Source: Octopus vulgaris (Eukaryota). Taken from it: a stretch of 64,000 nucleotides of DNA. Every line of letters begins with the position of its first letter. Position 1 is the stretch's first letter. The notes under the pieces are model-generated. The model worked only from the letters and a program-made list of their open reading frames with translations, did not search any database and was not told where the DNA came from. The DNA is taken from positions 34,720,001 to 34,784,000 of the forward strand of contig OX597829.1 of assembly GCA_951406725.2 (NCBI GenBank), in the 5' to 3' direction. A program made the position numbers and the translations under genes. Shown here in pieces: positions 54,121-64,000 of the stretch.

Positions 54121-54699
54121 AAGGAGAAAAGGAAAAGAAATCAAGAAGAGAAGATGAAAAGGAAAAGGATTAAATCTGATGATACTGCCCTACCCCTTAC
54201 TATATTGTGTGCAATAAATACTTTCCAGGATGGTGCTGTTAAGCACAGTTTCTTTCATTCTCAAATTTTGTTTCTTGGCTGTTAATTAGAATTTATTTTT
54301 GATTGTAGTGGGAGGATTGCAAAGCAACTTAAACTTGCTCTTTCCATGAAGTAGGTTGACGTTATATCACATACAAATAACAATTATAACCATTCACCAT
54401 TAATCATGTAGCATTTTTTTCCCTCATTAGCAGGCAACTATCACAATGGAGAACAAAATATTACTTAATTACATAACTAATGCACAATGATGCACTGCAA
54501 AAAATTGGTTTCATGCATAACTTGGAACATGGCGTATTAAAACTAAGAAAAGATACATCGTCTTTTCTTTACTACTTGAATTTTGATGGAGTAAAAATAA
54601 ACAATAAGAAGTGAGTGACCTTAAATGAATGAAAATGGTAATCTTCAGTTTTAGTTGTTCCCCTCTCTTACTGGTATGAATGTACATGGAACATTACTT

Positions 54700-56400
54700 T
54701 TCTTTGGAAAGAAAATCATGATACAATGATGATTTCTGTTCATGGCCAAAAATATGTAGGTCCTAGGAGAAGCTAGAAATATTTTTATTGAAGTAATGAG
54801 TATGCTGCGCTCATGGTATGAGGCCTCCTACTTTCATGAGTTGTATAAAGTGGACCCACCTGGTGATCTGAATGCCACTATGCCTTCAACATTGGTAACA
54901 ACCAGCCAGTCAGCTGTGATTTTGCAATCCAAAGACAAGGTCCATGTAGCAGTAAATCATCTGAAGAATGGGAAGGTAACATGATGTTCATGAGGTGATG
55001 ATTAAGTAAGTTTGGCCTGCTGAAGTCTTGTTTTTTGCTTAATTTGGAACAGTGGCATCATACAGCTTGACTGGTAGAGGGGCATAATTATCCCACTCTG
55101 GATAGGTAAAGGTGACTGCAATGATCACAACAATTACAGGGCTGTTACACCCTTGTCAGTACCTGGTGAGGTCTTTATCAGAATTATCCTGAAAAGAGAT
55201 AATCCTGCTGGCATCTCAGCAGCTGGAGCAGTCAGTGTTCATGCCAAAGAGGTCAACTACTGACAGGATCCTGTCTCTTCATGTACACAAGTGTACATTG
55301 AACACAAGTGGAGCTTTTGGCAGGGGTCTGTGTCGACCTCTGCAAGGCATTCGACTTGGTGGATAGGGATGTGCTTTAGAGGATTCAGAAACTGTGAGGT
55401 ATACCTCCTCAACTGATTGGGCTGATGATAGCCTTGTACACTGGAACAGTCAGTGTGGTTTGGATTAAGGGCTCAACATTTGATTTTTTTCCAGTTAGAT
55501 CTGGGGTTCAATGCTTGCATGAACTGGATACTCAGCTGAATGGTGGCTTGATAGAGTTGTGGTGCACTCACTAGTGAAATTAGGATTATAGACTTAGATT
55601 TTGCTAATGACACAGTTAGTGTTGCTGAATTCTAGATGTCTTAAGGAGCACTTTCCTTTTACTGAGTGAGGAAGCAGAACCACTTGCCTTTAGAGTTTCT
55701 TAGATGATCAAGACAAAGATCCAGTTCTTCATTGGCTTCTTGGAGGACTCCACCTTGTCTGTCACTGTCACAAATGAGAATGTTGAATTTGTTTACCACT
55801 TTGTTTACTATAATTTGTTTACCACATCACAGTGAGATTCATAGTGGCATTAGCTGTGAATCTTAAGTCCTAAAAGGATTTGGACAAGCTGGTGCAGCTA
55901 TGGACTCATTGGACATGGGTGTTTACTGCTGGCAATATCTATGCAGGAAGACAAATGTTCAGATCTTGAGGTCTCTGGTCCTCCCTGCCTGTCCAACCTT
56001 ATAGCTGGACACTATCTGGGTCTGAACTCCTTTGGTGCCAGGATTATGGGTGTCTTTTGGTTGGTTTTGTTCCAACCAATGACTCTATCCAGAAGCTGGG
56101 ATGCAGTCTCTTACTTGTATGATTTAGCCATATTGCTCAATTTTCCAAGTTAGACCTTACTTGCCATTGTCTCTTCACTGAAGATCTCACTGAGTTGACA
56201 GCTCTTTTGGATAACCACATGACACATGGTCATATGATCAACCAACATGACCATGATGAGGAGGTATCTAGGAGAGATGGGGCATGACTGGAACTTTGCT
56301 CAATGGGTCATGAGGGAGGACCTAGGAATATACCATCAAATGATGAATGCAGCAAGCACTACAATGGCGCATGCCCTCTCACCTGAACCACCTGAAGTGA
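54700..56400 (+). mobile_element. Degraded RTE-clade LINE (distinct family)
   Basis: degenerate NYRAVTPLSVPGEV, VDLCKAFDLVDR, DLDFANDT motifs. Confidence 0.7.
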
Positions 56401-59241
56401 TCAGTATTCTGGTGTTAGTAGTGACAATTTTGGCCCTCATGAATATGGTTACTGCCAAGATCAGGAATTTGCCAGCTGTCATGCTTTGCTGCTCATATTA
56501 CTAAGTTCCTGACATATCATCTGCCAGTCAAATTCTTCTCTCTTTGTCTTCAGATCTAGTCTCTTTTACTGATGTCCAGAGTAAATTTGACTTGGGTAGA
56601 TGTATGTTAAACATTATCACTCAAAACTCTGGGATATGTTTGTTATAATTTGATTGACCAGATTTTTACTGATGTCATCGTTCAAAGAAAATAGATTATA
56701 AGTTGAGGCAGAACCTGCTCCAATAGTAATACATATCATAGCTTGAAATTTTCTACTCTCATCAGCTGTAAAAGTCACATGTACTGTTTTATAAAAAGAA
56801 TGTAAACGTTTCTATTAGCTGCGTTAGTAGCATCACAACTTAAACAGCCAGTTGCATCAGAAGTAATTATATAAGGAGCAATTACATCAATCACAACAGT
56901 GCAACTAGAGAAAAAAACCATACCCTGCTCACAAATAACTAGTGTAAAGAGCTAAAACAATAGCAAAGAACTACTTGTAAGAAGGATAGCAACCTGTATT
57001 TTCAACCTCAACCAGTTCATTTATCCCGTTTTCAACATCATACAGGTGAATACACACACACACAAATACATATAGATTTATACACCAAGTCACATACATG
57101 CACGTATGAAGACAGACACATATATATGCCAGTGGATCTATGCCATCCAGGCTAGCAGAAGAGTCTCCTCAAAGACAACATTTTCCTAACAAAATCAATA
57201 ACCTTATTCTGGACTATTATTGTAACTTCAGGGTGAGAATTATTTCTAGATCCGCATCAGAGTGGCACAGGTCAGACAAAGGTAGTGTTATTTCAGTAAT
57301 TCTTTATGCCATTGAAATGAACAAGATGGACAAGTTAGCAGAGGTAGAACACAAAGCTTCTGATGGACATGCAACAACCATCAGTGACAGCCTTTATAGA
57401 TGATCTGATTGGAATGACATCCATTTGGTGGTGGCAGATGTATCCTTCAAGGCCTGAGAAACTCGTCCCATACACAAAGATTAGCTTCAAATCATCAAAA
57501 CCTTTGTGGTGATGAGAGCGGGAAAGTGATGGAAGGCTTCTGCTTCACTTTATCCCCAAACTGTCATCTCAATATTGATAGAACAGTTTATCCACAAAAT
57601 CAGAAAAGACCATGAATCTAGGTTGTCTGGTCACTTGAATGCCTGGGTATGCTAGCACATCATCTTGCTCAAAGTTTTGTGCCCTGCACATGGGGGAGTC
57701 TGATAAGAGAAAGCTTACCAAATGCCAGATGCCTGTACAATTGTATGGAAGCTAATGTCAATGGGCACACTGTGAGCCAATTGAAATAAACTGCAAGAGT
57801 TTTGAAGGGTGATTATTTTGCAAATCTCTGCCCTAGCTTGGAATCTGTGGTGCAGCAAAGAGTGGGTAGGGTCCATACTTTTCATATAAAAATCCAAAGG
57901 TTATACCTAACAATAAGCTTGTTCTATTCTTCCTAACTCTAAGCTCATTAATAGAATACAGTCTCTCCTTAAAATCACTATGATCCAGTGTTTCATTGCT
58001 GTAGGCTGAATAATCCTTGAATATCTGCTAGTTAGTTAGCTGCCAACTGAAATAATCTCAATGAGATGTTTTTGACCATTTGTTTTCTTTTTTGTATATT
58101 GTTCAAATAGTTCAAAAGTTTATTTACAAATTAATGATCTCATCTGGGTTTCTAATGAGTAAATCAATCTATTGGAGAGATCCAAGGTCACATCTCCCAA
58201 AATTGGAGAACTTTCCTTCCAAATATATTCACACAATTACCCAAATGTAAATGAAATTCCCAACATGTATGTACTGGTAAAACAGACAATTTGTTTTTAT
58301 CACTATGAAGGAGTACAAAAGCAATTATTTGACAACTCAAGCATGTAAAATATCAGTAAGCAAAGCATTGGCATATAAATTCAACTGAATGCATGTTTCT
58401 ATTGTCAAGGAAGATTTTATTCAATTGTCACATTTTTTACCTCTTACTTTTTACTTGTGTTAGTTTTTAGAATTGAAGGGATTAGTCAAACAAATCCATG
58501 TAAATTTAGTAAACAAACTGACATCAGTTGTGAGGCAATGGTGAAAGACTGACATAAAGACACACACATGCACATGTGTGCGTTTGCACGCACACACATA
58601 CTCACACATGATAGTCACTCCTGTCAATTTTGACTGATGATTGTTTGAAGAAGAGAATTTAAAGAAAAGAAAAAAGTGAGACAAAAAAAAAAAGAAGCAA
58701 GTTTAAAATAAAAGAATAAAAGAAGTTGCATCTATTTGTGATGATTGCATGAATGTAATTTGAGTCCAGGTATGGATTTTGACATAAAGTCACACTGAGG
58801 ACACTCATAACTTTGATTTTGCCTGGGATTCGGCAAATGTGTCAGGATACAAATTTTTTTTATTGTTCTGATATTAACATAAAGGGGCTGAGGTTCAATA
58901 CAGCTGTTTCAGACATGTTTTTAATTCAGGAACAACTCAATTTACATTATGAAAAAAAAAATTTTCTAGGTGAATTAAAAGTAGATTAATATTTAATATT
59001 TAGGATTTTTTTAACCCAAATTGACTCTCTCACCTCGGTGCCAGTTGAGACAGTCGCTCTCTCAACCAGTACCTGTAAAATACTTTAGTTGAATGAATTG
59101 CCCATAGGACTTACTTTTTGAAGCCTAGTACTTATTCTATTGGTCTCTTTTGCAGAAATGCTAAGTTACAGGGACATAAACACACCAACACTGGTTGTCA
59201 AGCAGTGTGGACGAATACACACAGACTCAAAGACACACACA

Positions 59242-59315
<74 letters not shown>

Positions 59316-59582
59316 TGTGTGTGTGTGTGTGTGTAAAAAGGGTTGAAAGTAAATTCGTCCTTTAATTTGGAGGTTTCCCAAAAAGATTTCTAATATTGAT
59401 ACTTTATACTTTGCAGGGGTAAATTTGCAAGGATACGAAAGTAATACTTGTATATAATGTATGGTGAATTTATGGGAAGAAGTCCTGTAAAACTCATCAA
59501 TTTATTTAACAACTTATCTCCTCCATTTTTAAATAAATTGATGAGTTTTATGAGACTTCTTTCCATAAATTCACCATACATT

Positions 59583-61712
59583 CCTCAAAATCCACAGACC
59601 TAACAACCCTGGCCACCCCTTGGTCTCCACCTGCAACTGCCCCACTGAACTTATCTCCAGATATCTTGACCATGTCCTTGTCCCCCTAGTGGCTTCCCTC
59701 TCCTCTAACATCCATGACACCAACCACACGCTTCATTTGTTCAACACTTTCTCCTTCCCTCCTGGCCCCACTAAACTTCTCTTCACCCTTGACATCTAGA
59801 GCCTTCACATGGTGATCCCTCACCACGAGGGGCTGTGTGCACTCCAACATTTCCTTGACCTTTGACCCAACCCCCAACCTGACACATCCACACTCGTTCA
59901 TCTGGCCGAACTTGTCCTCTCATTCAACTGCTTCTGATTTGCAGGTGATTTCTACAAGAAGGTCTTGGAAGTGGTCATGGGAACAAGAATGGGCCCCAAT
60001 TATGTGAACTTGTCCGTTGGCTACATTGAGGCCCAAATATTCTCAAGTTTCACTGGTCCCACTCCCAAACTATACGGCCATTATAATGATGAGTGTATCG
60101 GTGCAAACTCACGCTCCTGCGAACATCTAGACTCCTTCCTGTCTTTTGTCAAATCTTTCCATCCTACCCTCCACTTCTCCTGCACTATCTCTGATACCTC
60201 TGTCTCCTTTCTTGACATTTCGGTCAGCATTCATCACTCCACTCTCACCACCTCCATCCACTACAAACATACAGACTCTCACTCATAGCTCAACTTCTTT
60301 TCTTCTCACCCTAAACACACCAAGCTTTCCATCCCCTATTCCTAATTCCTCTGTCTACACAGGCTCTGTAGTGACGACCATGACTTTGAGACTCAGTCTC
60401 AACTCATGGCTCACCACGTCATCCTACGTGGATATCCCCTCACCACTATCCACACCACCCTTGCCAGAGCATGTTCCATGGACCATACATCTGCTCTCTC
60501 CCTTGAACCCACCCCGCTGTCTCCTGCCTTCCATTTCCCCTCACCTACCACCCCACCACCCTACCTCTCCAACGCACCATTCTCCGAGCCACCCAGCAAC
60601 TCCAGTCTGATCCCTCCACTTCGCACATCTTTCCTAACTGACCCCTCCCCTCCTTCAAACAAGCCCACAATCTATGAGACCTCTTGTTCCACAGCTTCTT
60701 TCCTAACCCAACCTCCAAACCTGGCTCCTTCCCTTGCTCCCACCCATGCTGCCGCACTTGCCTTTACTTCTCCAACACCACCTTCTTCACTGGCACCCAT
60801 CATCGACCCTATTACATCACCGACTCCTTCACCTGCACTTCTACTCATATCATCTACTGCGTCTCCTGCTCTCTGCCCTTCTCTATACATTGGGCAAATG
60901 GGACACCACTTGGCTGACCGGTTTGCGGAACATCTCCGAGACATACAATTCAGCAATGACACCCTAGTCTCACACCATTTCCGCTCTTTGCAACACCTGT
61001 CCTTGTTCGGATTGTCCTTGCAGAGGGGCCATCTGGACTCCTGTTTGCGCCGTGAACAGGGATTAATCTTCTCTCTTCGCTCCTTTGTGATACATAGGCT
61101 CAACTCTCCTCCCCTCTTCATCTAACCTCTTGCCCTTGCCTCTCTCCCTGTCACACCCACTTCCTTCCACTCACCTTTCCTCTCTTGCTCTGACTCCTAC
61201 TTCTCTTCACTCCTACTCTCCTTCTCCTTCCCCTTCACCATCACCCCTCCCTCGTAAGCCCACCCACCCCTATACAAACCACCCCACCTTCCTTATCCTT
61301 CACCATCCCACCCCACCCATCCCTTACAACCACTCCCACATACTCTGCCTCTACCCCCACCCTTTGCCTACCCAAATATCCCACCTCTACCCCCACTCTC
61401 AGCCTAACCCACACCCTACCCTTGCTTTCCCCACTCTAGCCTCCCCGCCTCCCAACACCATCACACCACACCACAACACCTTACACCACCATACCACAAC
61501 ACATCACACCACCATGCATACATCAGCACTGACCACTTCCCAGACCAACATTTTCACACCTACACATACACACATCAAGATCACCACCACACTAGCTTTC
61601 TTGTGTGACCCTTCTGTATGGCATTCGCCAATTTAAATCTCTAGCCACTACACATTCTTTATTTTCTCTCCTTGCTTCTTTCTGTGTACCTTTCTGTGGA
61701 AGAGCATAGGCT
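59583..61712 (+). mobile_element. Penelope-like retroelement, 5'-truncated: RT + GIY-YIG endonuclease + start of pLTR
   Basis: KIHRPNNPG, MGTRMGPNYVNLSVGYIE, YKHTDSHS, FTCTSTHIIYC, LYIGQMGHHLADRFAEHLRDI; multiple stops and frameshifts. Confidence 0.92.
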
Positions 61713-62364
61713 GGCACATAAAAACACCAACCGAAGACCCGGCAAGACTAGTCAGGCCATAACCCGTGGCCCCTACCTGAGACGTAGTCAGTCCACCTGT
61801 GCATACCTTCCTTCTTGTGACACTTGTGAAGACCTGTTGAGGCAAGTGAAAATCAAAATCAAAACAAATCAAAATAGATGAACATCAATGGAATTTGTAT
61901 CTTTGTGGTACCAGTGCCGGTGGCACACAAGAAAACCATCCGAACGTGGCCGTAGCCAGTACCGCATCGACTGGCCTCCGTGCTGTGGGCACGTAACAAA
62001 CACCATCCAATCGTGGCCGTTCGCCAGCCTCATCTGGCACCTGTGTCGGTGGCACATAAAAACACCATCCGAGCATGGCCGTCTGCCAGCCTCGTCTGGC
62101 ACCTGTGTCGGTGGCACATAAAAAACACCATCCGAGCATGGCCGTTCGCCAGCCTCGTCTGGCACCTGTGTCGGTGGCACACAAAATCACTCACTACACT
62201 CTCGGAGTGGTTGGCGTTAGGAAGGGCATCCAGCTGTAGAAACACTGCCAGATCTGACTGGCCTGGTGCAGCCTTCGGGCTCCCCAGACCCCAGTTGAAC
62301 CGTCCAACCCATGCTAGCATGGAAAGCGGACGTTAAATGATGATGATGATGATGATGATGATGA
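61713..62364 (+). mobile_element. (ATG)n-tailed RTE-type repeat with three internal tandem units of about 61 bp
   Basis: gccagcctc(a/g)tctggcacctgtgtcggtggcac x3 at about 62000-62181; family tail and (ATG)n. Confidence 0.85.
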
Positions 62365-62378
62365 TATATATATATATA

Positions 62379-63647
62379 CGAGGGGCGTTTAATAAGTAAT
62401 GCCTCTGACCCACTTGCAGTTGTTTGATATAGCTGAAATTTTGCATGTGCAATTACCTATATCCCTATAGATTAAGTGGAAAATTACAGCTCTGAACTAA
62501 TTGTGGTTTCTGATTTACAGGTGTTTGAACTGAGTCAAGTGTGAAACGGAGCCTGTTGAGTGTCGAGCAGTGATGTGGTTTTTGTATTTGAAAGGACGCA
62601 CACCACGGGAGACTTTTGATGAAATAAAAGTAACTTATGGTGATGATGCCCATCATATGACCTTGTAAAATCTCTACATCGTGAATTCAAACATGGTCGG
62701 AACTTTGTGGAAACAGCTCCCAGATCTGGTCGCCCCCTTCTGCCATTGATGAAGCATCTGTCCGTCAAGTTGAGGCTGCCATTTTGGAAGATCGACACAT
62801 AACTATTCGCCAAATAGTCCATGAGGTCAAGATTAGTACCGGGTCTGTGGAAACTATCATTCATATGCAAAAGGTGTCTGCCAGATGGATTCCCAGGCTG
62901 CTCACACCTTTCCAGAAGCAAGAACGCGTCGATAGCGCGAGGATGAATTTGAAGATGTGCCAAGAAGATGAGTCAAAATTTTTCAAAAGACTGATTACAC
63001 AGGATGAAACCTGGGTCCATCACTATGATCCAGAGACCAAAGCCCAGTCAATGCAGTGGAAGCACCGTGACTCACCTCCTCCAAAGAAGGCAAGGGTGCA
63101 GCCCTCCGCTGGCAAGGTCATGCTCACAGTCTTCTGGGACCAGGACTGAGTAGTGATGACAGATTTCTTGGCAAAGGGTGCCACAATTACAGGAGTCTAT
63201 TATGCTTCACTTTTGAGGAAATTAAGAGAAGCTATCAAAATCAAGAGGCGGGGCAAGATCAGCAAAGGCATCCTCCTCCTGCAGGACAACACTCCGATCC
63301 ACAACTCGCGTGTCGCCAGATCAGAAGCACAGGCGTGCGGCTATGAACTCATCTCCCATCTCCTGACCTGCACCCTCTGATTTTCACCTCTTCCCAGCCA
63401 TGAAGTTGTTTTTGAAAGGAAAGTGTTTCCCAGATGATGCAGCCTTGATTTCTGAAGTCACGTCGTGGTTGGAGGACCAAGTTGGGGTCTTCTACAAAAA
63501 CGGTATTCAAAGCTGCATCAAATAATGGGAGAAATGCGTTACATCTGGGTGGTTCCTATGTAGAAAAAGACTAATAACTGTTCCAAGTTTCGTTGCTCTA
63601 CTGCTATGGGAAGTAGGTCAGGGGCATTACTTATTGAACACCCCTCG
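62379..63647 (+). mobile_element. Full-length mariner transposon, transposase disrupted
   Basis: TA-flanked TIRs cgaggggcgtttaataagtaatgcc / ggcattacttattgaacacccctcg; WIPRLL, ITQDETWVHHYDPE, QDN motifs; stop at 63147-63149 and frameshifts. Confidence 0.95.
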
Positions 63648-63679
63648 TATATGCATATATATATATGCATACACACATA

Positions 63680-64000
63680 TATTGGGTTGAGTAATAAAAA
63701 AAATTTGATTTTGTTAAATACCTTCACTCATGAAAAAATTTTACAAAGAATTATTTTCTATTATCAGTATAGTTGCCATTATTTTGAATGACTTCTTGCC
63801 ATTTATCAGGTAACTTTTTGATTCCTCTTGAGTAAAATTCAGTTGGCCTTGACATGAAAAAAGCTTTCCACATACATTTTCACCTGATTGTTTTTGAGAA
63901 AATTTTTTCCCATCAGAGCATTTTGTAGAGAGTGAAGATGAAAATCAGTTGGTGGAAAGTCCAGTGAATATCATGAATGGAGTAGAACACACTAGCCCAT
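63680..64000 (-). mobile_element. Probable 3' end of another mariner relic
   Basis: TA + ttgggttg terminus like 47153; degenerate transposase C-terminus on the minus strand. Confidence 0.5.

Noticed and set aside
53271-54122. 283-aa ORF as a novel membrane protein
   Set aside because: It is the N-terminal part of a Penelope-like ORF; the hydrophobic start comes from a T-rich tract
61980-62181. Three repeats of about 61 bp as a CRISPR-like array
   Set aside because: Contiguous tandem units without unique spacers, inside a eukaryotic retroposon; no cas genes
34526-64000. A second host gene downstream of TANGO1
   Set aside because: I found no consistent exon chain; all recognisable coding traces are transposon-derived, though small exons could be missed

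Overview
AT-rich, repeat-dense eukaryotic DNA. The SINE and microsatellite landscape looks like an octopus or other cephalopod genome (inference). The first 34.5 kb of the + strand holds the last 12 coding exons of a TANGO1/MIA3 (cTAGE5-family) ER-exit-site gene. Hand-splicing at GT-AG sites gives a 459-aa open frame: a coiled coil carrying the diagnostic EKKAHENW motif, then a PPP-rich tail ending ...RQHSQV*. The remainder is mobile DNA: tRNA-type SINEs, (ATG)n-tailed RTE-type repeats, RTE and CR1 LINE relics, two Penelope-like (PLE) RT/GIY-YIG relics, a Helitron with a Pif1 helicase fragment, mariner and Tc1 elements, a solo LTR and a 5S rRNA copy. The most notable signal is a set of short, mutually unrelated elements sitting in or beside (TA)n tracts. 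They occur as partial tandem repeats or fold-backs and carry type I hammerhead ribozyme cores with palindromic stem III. The best case is a 397-nt-unit retrozyme-like element at 48665-49251. All calls were made by eye and no database searches were run.
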